A stretch of 63,998 nt of DNA, counting the filler, from Malassezia furfur (Eukaryota), in NCBI GenBank assembly GCA_052055015.1. It is 6 parts of 6 records of this genome, joined end to end, with 100 filler letters (N's around TTAATTAATTAA, not from the genome) between each part and the next. Parts side by side here need not be neighbours in the genome. Positions count along the whole stretch, not along the records: positions 34,788 to 46,199 come from JBQJIT010000360.1; positions 46,300 to 57,580 come from JBQJIT010000361.1; 4 more parts are not named here. One strand, given 5' to 3'. Position numbers and translations under genes: made by a program. Positions 44,669-55,164 of the stretch are shown here, one piece after another; position 1 is the first letter of the stretch, and each line of letters begins with the position of its first letter. The notes under the pieces were generated by a model. The model made no database searches. It was not told where the DNA came from and was given only the letters and a program-made list of their open reading frames with translations.

Positions 44669-46199
44669 ATGATCTCGCAGCAACCGACGGCGGCTGCGCC
44701 GCCGTCCCAAAAATTGTCGCGCCCGGCAGCGGCGCTACGCTCTGTCGCTCACCCGCTGCAGGCCGCGACGAATACGTTTGGCGGGCGCAAGCGTGGTAGC
44801 GACGCGCCCTCGCTCTTCGATAAGCGGCCGCAGACGTCTACCACACGCCCCGACCGCACCACCGTCGTTCATACCTCCGTGCCGCCCACGAGCGCCGCGG
44901 GCGGCCAACGTAGCGCAGCGCAGGGGACACGCGCGCGCGCCGCACCGCCGCTGAGCAACGCCGTGGTCGCGCCCGCCGCTGCACAGCGCCCGCCGACGCG
45001 GCTGGAGCGCGAAAAGAAGCGGCACTACAACGACCCCGCCAACGTCGGCCCCTGGAAGCTCGGCAAGCTGATCGGGCAGGGCGCCTCGGGGCGTGTGCGC
45101 CATGCGGTGCACGAGCGCACGCAGCAGCATGCGGCGGTCAAGATCATCCCCAAGCAGATGCTGATCAACAGCCGCATGAGCCTGCGCGACCTGAGCGCCA
45201 AGCAGGACAAGCTCACGCTGGGCATCGAGCGCGAGATTGTCATCATGAAGCTCATCGAGCACCCCAACCTGCTGGGGCTGTGGGACGTGTACGAGACGAG
45301 CAAGGAGCTGTACCTTGTGATGGAGTACGTTGCGGGCGGCGAGCTGTTCGACTACCTCGTGGCGCGCGGCCGCCTGCGCTCCGACGAGGCGCGCAACTAC
45401 TTCCGCCAGGTGATCTTTGGTATCGGCTACTGCCACATGTTTAGCATCTGCCACCGCGACCTCAAGCCCGAGAACCTGCTCCTGGATGGCTCGCGGCAGA
45501 CGGTCAAGGTCGCCGACTTTGGCATGGCCGCGCTGCAGCCCATGGAGAAGATGCTCGAGACGAGCTGCGGCAGTCCGCACTATGCCTCGCCCGAGATCGT
45601 GAGCGGCAAGTCGTACGACGGCACCACCAGCGACATTTGGAGCTGTGGTATCATTCTTTTCGCGCTGCTCTGCGGCCGCCTGCCGTTCGACGACCCCAAC
45701 ATCCAGACGCTGCTCAGCAAGGTGCGGACGGGCAAGTTCAACATGCCCGAGTACCTCGAGCCGGACGCCAAGGACCTCATCTGGCGCATGCTCGAGGTCG
45801 ACCCCCGCCGCCGCGCGACGATGGCCGAGATCTGTGCGCACCCCTGGTTCACGAACCACGGCACCCTCTCGTCCGAGAACCCCGTCTCGGCGCCGCTCGA
45901 TGCGTTCAGCCCCGAGCCAGTGAACCTGGCCGAGATCGATCCCGACATCCTCGGCAACCTGAGCACGCTCTGGCCCGAGTTGTCGCACGAGCAGATCATC
46001 CGTCGCCTGCTCGAGCCGAACGAGAACTGGCAAAAGACGTTCTACTCGCTGCTTGTGCACCACCGCGAGAACCACGGCACAGACGACGAGGACGACGAAG
46101 AGGACGAGGACGAGGACGAGGAGATGGAGGAGGACGAGGCGCCGGCGCCGACCGGTGCGCCGGCGGCACTGCCGGCGCCAGCGTCGCCCGCCGTCGCCC
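44669..46199 (+). CDS. Nim1-family kinase (Hsl1/Gin4/Cdr2-like), 5' part
   Basis: VGPWKLGKLIGQGASGRV, GIEREIVIMKLIEHPN, DFGMAALQ, LETSCGSPHYASPE; truncated by the gap. Confidence 0.88.
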
Positions 46200-46299
46200 N
46201 NNNNNNNNNNNNNNNNNNNNNNNNNNNNNNNNNNNNNNNNNNNTTAATTAATTAANNNNNNNNNNNNNNNNNNNNNNNNNNNNNNNNNNNNNNNNNNNN
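46200..46299. other. Artificial contig spacer
   Basis: N run with TTAATTAATTAA. Confidence 0.98.
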
Positions 46300-46300
46300 C

Positions 46301-46462
46301 CCGCGCAGCTCGCACACGCGCGGCGGGCGCGGCGGGCGCAGCTCGGCGGCGCGCAAGGAGGCCAAAAAAGCCAAGGCCGAGGCGCAGTCGCCGGCGGCCG
46401 AGGCGCCGCACGACACGCGCCCGGCGACCAACGGCGCAGATACCAAGGCGGGCGACGCGTAG
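46301..46462 (+). CDS. Probable 3' end of an unidentified gene
   Basis: Open frame ...RGGRGGRSSAARKEAKKAKAE...KAGDA* at the contig start. Confidence 0.35.
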   Translation, partial: PRSSHTRGGRGGRSSAARKEAKKAKAEAQSPAAEAPHDTRPATNGADTKAGDA

Positions 46463-46553
46463 CGGCCGTAGGATGTATGTATGGATGATGAAGCGATTGA
46501 TCTATGTGGGAGTGGGCGCCAGGGGCAGCGCGGCGCGGCACGCGTCCCGACGC

Positions 46554-49500
46554 CTAGCGGCGGCGCAGCAGGCCCTTGGGCTTGAGCAGCTGGGTCGAGG
46601 TGGCGACGAGCGACTTGGGCTGCGGGATCGGCTCGCCGTTCACCTCCGGATCGAGCCAGTCGGGCAGCTTGGAAATCAGCAGCTCGCGGAACATGGGCAG
46701 CAGCCGGCGCGTGTAGTCCAGCGTCGGCGGGCGCACATCCGCGCGCGGCTTCCCCAGACGGTGCTCGTCCGAGGGCGGCTCCGCACGCAGCCCCTGGCCG
46801 AGCGGGTCGCGCACGTCGAAAAAGGCCCAGGGGACGTGCTCGCGCTCGCCGCCGCGCACGGCGTCGCACGCGCCGTCGTCGGGCGCGACGCCCTCCTTTT
46901 CGAGGAGCTCGAGAAAGAGGCCGTCGACGTCCTCGACGGCCTCGCGCATCGAGTCCGACGGAAGCGACTCGCGCCACAGCCCGGTGGGCCCCGGCTGCAC
47001 CGCGAGCAGGAAATTTTTGCGGAACTCGAGCTCGCGGCGGATCTTGCGCCAGCGGCTCCACGCGGTGAGCTCGTCCATCTCGCGCAGGATGTGGTCGACG
47101 TCACTGGCCGACAGCCGCTGGTCCTGGAGCATCTCGTCGAGGTTCACCTCGACGTTCTCCGCGCTGCGGTCGGCCGGGTGCGCCGGGTCGGTGGTCGAGA
47201 GCGACATAAAGTCGCACCCCATCTGGCACCACTCCCAGAGCGGCTTGGCCACCGGGGCGCACTCGTGCACAAAGAAGTAGATGAATTCATGGTGTTTGTT
47301 GGCAAGGTCGATCCAGCGCTCCGCGCTGTTGTCCGTATTTTTGCGCACCTGGATCATGTCGTCGATGAGCTTTTGCAGGTCGCCCAGCCGCCCGCTCAGG
47401 TCGGCGACCGACGCAATGTCGCGGATCGCGTCGTAGAACACGATCTGCAGCCCGTCCTTGATCGTGTTCACCACCACGCTCGAGCTGAGCAGGGCCGCAA
47501 ACTTTTCGCGGTCGCGCTTGTTGAGCTGCTCGCGCAGGAGCAGCTTGAGCAGCGCAAACATGCGCGCCTTGGACGCGTCGCCCACCGACACGCCCCACCC
47601 GGGGATCGGCGGAGTGTCCTTGCCGCGCGGCGTCGTGCGCGGGTACGCCAAATCGGGGTTCGTGCGGTACGGCGACGCGGCGTACGCGCGCTGCAGGTCG
47701 AGGACGTGCGCACGCAGGCCGGCCTCGAGGCGGGGCTCGCGGTCCGAGAGCAGGATCGTGGTGAGCAGGTCGTTGCCTGACTCGTCCGCGAGGCGCTCCA
47801 TGCGCTCCGTCTCGTGCGCGGTTTTGTGGCGCACGTACGCCTCGATCTTTTGCATGAGCGCCGGCTCGCTGATCTCCTTGCGCAGCGGCTCGATGTAGTC
47901 GCGCTGGATCGACGAGATGCCGCGCGACACGACGTAGCCCACGATGCGCTGGAAGAGCGACTTGGTGCCCGCCGGCTGTGCCAGCAGCAGCGAGAGCATC
48001 ATCTGGATCATGACCTGCGCGTTGGCGATCTTGAGGATCTGGCGCGCTGGCCAGTAGGGGAACAGCATGTGCACCACGCGCACAAAGTTGAACAGCGAGT
48101 CTGCCGACGGCGAGTCGACAAACAGCCAGCGCATCACGAGCGCAATGTGGATGCGCACCCACTCCTCGGCGTTCTGCAGGTGCGGCGGGAGGTTGTTGAC
48201 GTTGGACACGGCGAGGTACTCGATGATCTCCTCCAAGCCCGTCTCCTGCTCAATGATCGTCTCCTTGAACGCGCTAAAGTCACCCTGCACACGTTGCGAC
48301 TCGTGTCCGGCGGCGACCCATGCGTCAAGCTCCTCGCCGTAAAACAGGCTGTCAATCAGCCTGTAGTCGGCTTCCGTCAGCTGGTATGGGCGGTCCAGGC
48401 CGCGCTTGACGGTGCCCGCGCCCCACGCCTTGCCAACACCCCACGTCTCGGTGCCCGGCTCGCCAATGCCCGGGCCACGCAGCTCGTCGGGGCCACGCAC
48501 ACCAAAGCCACGCGCAAAGAACAGGCCGAGGTACTGCGTGCCGACGAGCGACAGCATGTGCGTCAGCACCAGCTCGCTGCGCTCGCGCGACGTCGACATC
48601 GCGTCCGCGGTGAACGCATCGTTGAGGCGCTGGATACGCTTGCGGTAGAACGCGAGCGGCGCATTCGCCAGGCCAGGGAAGTGGCGCAGATGTACGTGGA
48701 ACATGTGCCGCAAGAGCAGCGGCTCGTGCTGCGCATCGATCGCGCCTTGCGACATCTGCGTAGCGGCGCCCTTCTTCTTCGACCAGAACGCCAGCTCGCG
48801 GCGTCGGCTCTGCTGCACGCCCATGCTCTCGCTCGTAAAGGGGTATCCGTACTGCGCGAGGATACCAGGGTGCCCAAAGTCGAGGAACTCTTGCTGCATC
48901 TGCATCATCACGAGCGACTTGAGCAGGCCGTGCCGCTGCTCGGGCGTGAGCAGCACCTCCTCGGCGTCCTCACGCCGGCGGAACGGCGTCACGGCCAACA
49001 GGCGCTTTTGCTTGCGGTCCATCTCGGCCAGTTCGCGCTGGCGCTCCTGTTCGCGCACCGCCGCGAGCGCCTCGGTCTTTTGCATCTCGCGCTGCCGCTG
49101 CGCAGCCAGCTTGCTGTCGCGCTTCTCGGCCGCCCTGCGCTCGCGCGCGTCCTGCTTGCGCTGACGCTCAGCCAAGGCCTGCTCCTTGGCCGCCGCCTTG
49201 CGCTGTGCCTCGGCCTCCTTGGCCTCGGCCTTGGCACGCGCAACACGCGCCTTGGCCTCGGCACGCGTCTCGTTTGCGAGCCGGCGCGTCTCGAGCTTTT
49301 CTTCGGCGGCGCGCTGCTTTGCCTCGGTGCGCTCCTGGATCGCACGCACACGAGCGTCCGCTTTTTCCTGTGCCGCACGCATCCGCTCTTCGTCGTTGCC
49401 GGGGCGGAAGGAACGGATGGTCGGCGCACGGCTGCGGCCAAGCAGAGGCACGGCCGCAAAGAACCGGCGCGACGACCCCGCAATCGACATCGGCGGGCTC

Positions 49501-50477
49501 TTGGCGGCGCGCGGCGCCGACGTACGCTCGCCCGGGAAGCCAGCCTCGGACGGCGGCGCGCCGATGCGCTCCACTGGATCCACAAGGCGCTTCGACCCGC
49601 TGCGCTCCAGCGACGCACGCCCGGGGCGGCCTAGGTCGGCCGACATACGCTTGGGCGCATGCGTCGGCTTGGCTTCGCTGGGCGCGTCAAAGAACGACTC
49701 GGACTTGACGCGGCGCATCTCGCCACGCTCGCGCGGCACACGCTTCGTTGCTGCACCCGTCGAGGTGTCACGCGAGTGACGGTGTTCGCGCGGCGCGCGC
49801 GTCTCTGTACCAGCCAGAGACGGCGACGCGGCGCGGCGTTCTTCACGGGGGCGCCGCCTGCGGCGCATCTTACTCTCATCGTCTCCGGCAGCCGCTTGGC
49901 GCGCGGCGCGGCGCTCCTCGCGCACAGGGCGCCCGGCCGACGACGCCGTCGGCACCTTGCGCCTGTGCGCACGCCGCTTTTCATCGGTGGTATGTGTGTC
50001 ACTCTTCTTTTTGCGCGTGCGCTTGCGCTCCTCGTCCGCGTTAACCGTGGGCGTCATGCCCACCATGTCATCCGCGAGTGCACGCTCGCGCTCCCGCATT
50101 TGCGAGGACGGGCGCCCCAGGCGCGAAGCCGAACGCGAGTGCGGGCGCGCGTCCTCGGTGGCCGACGCGTAGTGGGCCATAGAGGAGTCCGCACGCGAGC
50201 GGGGGCGCGCAATGTCGCTCGGAACGATCGAGGCGTTGTCGCGCCGCATCGAGTGGCGCTTGCTGAGGGCACTTTCCCGCCCCGTCATACTCCTGCGGCG
50301 GTCATGGCGCGAGGAAGAACGGGGGTACCCCATCTCGCTCGTGCCCTCGGCGTCTGCGAACACATCAGAGGCCCTGCTCTGTGGTCGCGAGCGCGAGAAC
50401 CGCGCCTCTGAGTCGCCGCCTTCGCTCGCCGTGCGAGAATAACGGCGCCTTCGCGATTCACTCGTGCCGCGCAACAT
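46554..50477 (-). CDS. PX-associated (PXB)/DUF3818-like protein with a long Arg/Ser-rich N-terminus
   Basis: LTPEQRHGLLK...YGYPF...HLRHFPGL; LF..VHMLFPY...ILKIAN...LLAQPAGTKSLFQR; intronless. Confidence 0.65.
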   Translation of the reverse strand: MLRGTSESRRRRYSRTASEGGDSEARFSRSRPQSRASDVFADAEGTSEMGYPRSSSRHDRRRSMTGRESALSKRHSMRRDNASIVPSDIARPRSRADSSMAHYASATEDARPHSRSASRLGRPSSQMRERERALADDMVGMTPTVNADEERKRTRKKKSDTHTTDEKRRAHRRKVPTASSAGRPVREERRAARQAAAGDDESKMRRRRRPREERRAASPSLAGTETRAPREHRHSRDTSTGAATKRVPRERGEMRRVKSESFFDAPSEAKPTHAPKRMSADLGRPGRASLERSGSKRLVDPVERIGAPPSEAGFPGERTSAPRAAKSPPMSIAGSSRRFFAAVPLLGRSRAPTIRSFRPGNDEERMRAAQEKADARVRAIQERTEAKQRAAEEKLETRRLANETRAEAKARVARAKAEAKEAEAQRKAAAKEQALAERQRKQDARERRAAEKRDSKLAAQRQREMQKTEALAAVREQERQRELAEMDRKQKRLLAVTPFRRREDAEEVLLTPEQRHGLLKSLVMMQMQQEFLDFGHPGILAQYGYPFTSESMGVQQSRRRELAFWSKKKGAATQMSQGAIDAQHEPLLLRHMFHVHLRHFPGLANAPLAFYRKRIQRLNDAFTADAMSTSRERSELVLTHMLSLVGTQYLGLFFARGFGVRGPDELRGPGIGEPGTETWGVGKAWGAGTVKRGLDRPYQLTEADYRLIDSLFYGEELDAWVAAGHESQRVQGDFSAFKETIIEQETGLEEIIEYLAVSNVNNLPPHLQNAEEWVRIHIALVMRWLFVDSPSADSLFNFVRVVHMLFPYWPARQILKIANAQVMIQMMLSLLLAQPAGTKSLFQRIVGYVVSRGISSIQRDYIEPLRKEISEPALMQKIEAYVRHKTAHETERMERLADESGNDLLTTILLSDREPRLEAGLRAHVLDLQRAYAASPYRTNPDLAYPRTTPRGKDTPPIPGWGVSVGDASKARMFALLKLLLREQLNKRDREKFAALLSSSVVVNTIKDGLQIVFYDAIRDIASVADLSGRLGDLQKLIDDMIQVRKNTDNSAERWIDLANKHHEFIYFFVHECAPVAKPLWEWCQMGCDFMSLSTTDPAHPADRSAENVEVNLDEMLQDQRLSASDVDHILREMDELTAWSRWRKIRRELEFRKNFLLAVQPGPTGLWRESLPSDSMREAVEDVDGLFLELLEKEGVAPDDGACDAVRGGEREHVPWAFFDVRDPLGQGLRAEPPSDEHRLGKPRADVRPPTLDYTRRLLPMFRELLISKLPDWLDPEVNGEPIPQPKSLVATSTQLLKPKGLLRRR

Positions 50478-50553
50478 CTCGCACCGGGGCAAGGAAGAGA
50501 AGGTTGCTGCAAGGCACGCGGTACTTTATGGGGCCTGTCTTGGCTTACCTAAG

Positions 50554-52043
50554 CTATTGTTGGGGATCAGCCGACTGCAAGTAGGGCTTAAGCTGCGGGG
50601 TAGTTAGTCATCCGGGGTCGCGTGGATGCGAGCACGTACCTTCTGCAACCGGCGGCCGGCCTCGGCAATCTGGTTGTCTTTGCAGAAGGCAAAACGAATG
50701 TAGTTCTCTCCGACATGCGCATTCTCGTCCGAATAGAACGCAGTGACAGGGATAGCGACCACATCACACACTTTCCCCAGGAACCAGCACATTTGGTAGT
50801 CACGAGGCTTCTTGCGCACCTCGTCGGGGAAGGGGAAGTCGGCGGGGATCTGGATGCGCGACGCATCAACCAGCACGAAGTAGGAACCGTGCGGCACAGA
50901 GTAGGGCAGCTGTAATGAATCCAGCGCATCAAACAGTTCCTGTCGCCGCGCCTCATAGTGTTCCCTCTGCGTCTCAAAGAAGCGGTGCGCGCTCGCCTGC
51001 TCGAGCCCGATCGCTGAGCCTTCCTGGGACGCGGAGTTGACGCTAAACGTGATGCGCACGTGTGCGGCCATCGCTGGCGCAACGAGGTGGGGGGCGCCCA
51101 CAATCCAACCCACGCGCCAGCCCGTGCACGAGAACGTCTTGCCCGCGCTACCAATCGTCAGCGTGCGCTCCCACATGCCCTCGATCGATGCAATGCGGAT
51201 GTGCTCCTGGCCGTCAAAGGTCAAGCAATCGTACACCTCGTCGGCAATGACCAAGATGTCGTACTTAATGCACAGTTGCGCGAGCCGCTGCAGTTCGGCG
51301 AGCGAACACACCTTGCCAATCGGGTTGTATGGCGTGTTGAGGAAGAGCGCCTTGGCGCGCGGGCTCGCGAGTTTTTGCTCCAACAACTCCCAGTCAAACT
51401 GCCACTCGTTCGCCGAGGGGCGCTGCTCCTTGCTGGAGGGAGGGATCATGGGCACATAGATAGGCACGCCGCCGTTGAAGCTGGCCTCGCACACGTACTG
51501 GTCAAAGAAGGGCTCAAACATGATCACCTCGTCTCCCTCCTCGAGGAAGCCCGCGAGCGACGAGTACATGGCCTCATTCGCACCGGCGGTAATCACCATT
51601 TCTGTCTCGGTGTTGAGTGGTACACCGAGGTCTGGGCGCTGTGCAGGCATGCCAGCGTCATCCAGCCGCACGACTCCGGCGGAAAGGTCGGTGTCCTCCG
51701 GCGGCTTGTGGAAGGACTGTGAATAAACGTCGCGCACCGCGGCGCGCAGGCGAGGACGCCCCCGCGCGTGCGAGTAGTGGTGCAGCTCGACACGCTCATG
51801 CATTTCTTTGGTCAGCTCATCCAGAATGAACGCCGGCGGCTTCCAGTTCATGAACCCTTGCCCGAGGTTCACCGCGGTCGGGAACACCATCGGGTTGAAA
51901 AAGGTCCATACATCCACCCCGCGCGCCAATTCGGGCTGGACACGCGGCGCGGGGCTGTTGAGGAATCGCGTAGGCTTATTCCACGAGCTCATGGCACGTA
52001 TCAAGGACTGGGAGGGGTGTATCCGTGATGGCCGAAGAGTCAT
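50554..52043 (-). CDS. BNA3: Kynurenine aminotransferase (class I PLP aminotransferase)
   Basis: VNLGQGF, ITAGANE, EPFFDQY, LNTPYNPIGK, DEVY, GSAGKTFSCTGWRVGW, IRFAFCK; intron 50593-50639. Alternative start at 51992. Confidence 0.88.
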
Positions 52044-52130
52044 AGGCGCGAGGAGAGGGATACGCCGCCGTCAACCAATTAAACTTAGCTGCGTACGAGT
52101 TATCTAGCGCGATTGCGCCATCTTCGCCCG

Positions 52131-53487
52131 ATGCAATCGGGCATGGTGCACGGTCCTCCCATGCTTCGACGGCCCTGCAGTGTTGCGCTCGGGTGTGTGC
52201 GCGGCGTGCACACTACAGCGCCGGTCGCGCGGCTCTGGCCGCGGCCACGCCTGATGCCACGCCGGCGCGTGTTCGATAAAAATGATACCCCGTCGCTGCT
52301 GGCTACTCAGCGTGTGAGTGCCGAAATCGCAGTGACGCGGCCTCCGATCGGTCGCGCCATCTTCTTCTTTGGCGCCGTGAGCGTGCTGGCGTTTGGCGGG
52401 TGCGCTGCATGGTCGGTGAGCAAGACCGAGTGTCTTGTACAGAATGGGTCGGCCTCGCTGTGGTCGCCCATGACCAACTTTTTTGCAGACCAGTACGACG
52501 CAAAACGGCTCAACGAAGCCGACCGCACCGCGCAGTTTGAACGGTCCAATGCGCGCCTCCTTCGCCTTGCGCGCACACTACGGGGCCTCCCTGAGTTTGT
52601 GCGCGAGCCCATTCTGCGCGTGTCACTGGCGGTGACCGAATGGTACACCGAGCTGCCAGCGTACCAACAGGCAGCGGTGCCTGTCGTGGCTCTGAACACG
52701 GGCGTGTTTACTGCCTGGCTGCTTGCGCCGCGCCTTGGATTTTCCCGATTCATGCAGCGGTACTTTACGGCGCGCCCAGCCTCCGGTCAGGTCCTAACCA
52801 TGCTCACATCCGTGTTCAGTCACAAGGCGCCGGCCCACTTTTTGTTCAACAACCTCGCGCTATGGTCGGTGGGGGCCAGCGCGCTTACGGCCCTCGCCGT
52901 GCAGCAAGTGTGGCGCAGCCGCAAGCAAAGTGTGCCGGATGCCAACCCCACGCCGCAGTTCCTTGCGTTCTTTGTCACGGCGGGCACGTTCGCGTCGCTC
53001 GCGAGCCATCTAGTGACCGCTGCGCGTTGGCGTTTGGCATCGACGATTTTGCGTGACGCTACGCGCGCGCTGCCCCGTGCATCCACCTCGGTGCGTGCGC
53101 AACTGCACGCGACTACCCGCGTTGCGAGTGCTGCATTGATGCAGCTCGCGCAGCGCGCGAGCCTTGGTTCGAGCGGCGCGATTTATGCGGCGTTTGTACT
53201 GTCGGCGTGCGCCTATCCGCAGGCGAGCATCAGTATTATGTTTCTGCCATTCACGGCGATCCCCATCCAATGGGGCATGGCAGGGTACGTCGTTCATCTG
53301 ACACAGACTCGTTCTGTTGGACGTGATTGGGCTCGTGCGTGGCTGGCGCGTGTTTGATCATGTTGCGCATCTCGGCGGCGCACTGTTCGGCCTCTTCTAC
53401 TATGTATACGGCGCAGCGATCTGGAACGCTGCCAAGCGCCAGGTGGCCCAGTTCCGGCATGGCAAGCCTGGGCCCCAGTACGCGTAA
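52131..53487 (+). CDS. PCP1: Mitochondrial rhomboid protease Pcp1/PARL
   Basis: SVFSH...HFLFN, SLGSSGA (catalytic Ser). The 22-nt intron at 53285-53306 is needed to reach FDHVAHLGG (catalytic His). Alternative start at 52161. Confidence 0.88.
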
Positions 53488-54051
53488 TCACGCAAACCGG
53501 CGAATCGCTGCAAGCTCGTTCAGGAGCGACTCGAGCTGCGCTTCGTCCTTGCTGGCGAGTCTGTGTGAGAGCGATCCACATACGTAGGAATCAACGTGCG
53601 TGCCTCGTCCACGTCCGACACGGCCAGGTTCGCAAGCTGTGCCATCTCGAACTGCGTGAGTTGGAGGCCCTTGTCGTCGGACACGGTGCCGTCCAGGTCG
53701 GGTTGCGCCGCGTGTTTGATCAGCAGCCTGGGTCAGCGCAACACGAGACGTACGCGCGCACTTCACGGATGGTCGACTGTTCCTTGTACCGGCTGAACTC
53801 GTCGACGTATTCCTTGGTCTTTTGCGCGACACTGTGTGAGTGGGATGCACGTACGCTGTGCCCTGGGTGTCGCCCTCCATCGTTTCGCCTGGGCGCGAAA
53901 AGAAGAGGAACACCTCGGAGATGAGCAGGCACCCAGCGTCCTGGAATTCTGTGTGAGGCACACACCACGTACCTGGTCCTAACCGACCCTGACTCGCGTC
54001 TTCCACTTCGACATTGCCGCGGCGTCGCCGCTGGAACGCCGGCACGGACAT
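53488..54051 (-). CDS. RPB4: RNA polymerase II subunit Rpb4
   Basis: EDA..RLGPEF...CLLISEV, KTKEYVDEFSRY, FEMAQLANL, EARTLIPTL. Introns 53949-53972, 53832-53854, 53728-53753, 53561-53583. Confidence 0.92.
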   Translation of the reverse strand: MSVPAFQRRRRGNVEVEDASQGRLGPGTWCVPHTEFQDAGCLLISEVFLFFSRPGETMEGDTQGTAYVHPTHTVSRKRPRNTSTSSAGTRNSRPSVKCARTSRVALTQAADQTRGATRPGRHRVRRQGPPTHAVRDGTACEPGRVGRGRGTHVDSYVCGSLSHRLASKDEAQLESLLNELAAIRRFA

Positions 54052-54085
54052 GATGGACAGAGCGACGGCGAATTTCCTCCACACG

Positions 54086-55122
54086 ATGGCGGACGCCGGC
54101 GCTGCGGACGCGCGCGCCGCGCGCGACGCGCCAATGGAGCTGGAGACGAGCGGCGCGTATTCGCTGCTCTACACGCTCTATGGGCACACGCGGTCCGTCG
54201 CCAGTGTCGTGTTTTCGCCGGACGGGGAGCAGCTGGTGTCTGCTGGCGCCGATCGGCAACTGCAGATCTGGTCGACGCGGACAGGCCGGTTGCTGCACAC
54301 GCTCGCGGGTCATGACGGTGGTGTGAACAGCGTGTGCTGGACGCGCGACGGCAAACATGTTGCCAGTGCATCGGACGATCGTACCGTGCGTGTTTGGGAG
54401 GTGGAAAAGGCGCGACTGGTGTATACGTTTACGGATCATACGTCCTATGTCTTTTGTGTCGCGTGCCATCCGCAGAGCACGCTGCTGGTCAGCGGAGGCT
54501 TTGACGAGACGATCCGGCTGTGGGATCTGCAGCGTGGGACATGTCACCGTACGATCTCGGCGCATTCCGAGGCCGTGACCGATGTCGACTTTAGTCGCGA
54601 CGGGACGATGATCGCCTCGTGCTCGTACGACGGTCTGATGTATGTGTGGGTGTGACTGACGCAGTCGTCTATGGGATACGAGCTCGGGGCACTGTCTGCG
54701 CACGCTGCAGCACAGCGACCAGGCGCCGCTCGTATCTGTGCGCTTTTCGCCGTCGTCGCTGCAGCTGTTGGCCATGTCGCTCGACAGCGCGGTGCGTCTC
54801 TGGGACCTGGCCAACGCGCGCGTGCTGAAGACCTATACGGGTCATGTGAATACAAAATACGCGGGTACCGCGCTCTTTGCGTACCTGCCGTCCGCCGCGC
54901 TGCCCCAGACGCTTGTCGTCGCGCCGAGCGAGAGCCGCGAGATATACCTATGGGATCTACAAACGAAGCGGGTCATTCAAAAACTCGCTGGGCACCGCGA
55001 TGCCGTTGCTGCGATTGCGGTACGTGTGCTGGCTGACGCAGGTGCATCCCACGCTGCCCGTGCTGGCCTCAGCGGGCCTCGAGCAAGACGCGTCCATACG
55101 GCTTTGGGTGTATAGCACGTGA
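54086..55122 (+). CDS. SWD3: WD40 protein, WDR5/Swd3-like
   Basis: ASASDDRTVRVW, LVSGGFDETIRLWD, AHSEAVT.VDF, SCSYDGLIRLWD, KTYTGHVN.KY. Introns 54640-54664 and 55020-55041. Confidence 0.85.
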
Positions 55123-55164
55123 CCAACGCGTCGCGCGTCGCCTCGCGTTGTGCGTTGTGTCGGC

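Noticed and set aside
24551..52043. Apparent kynurenine-pathway cluster (BNA4 and BNA3)
   Set aside because: The genes are on different contigs joined artificially.
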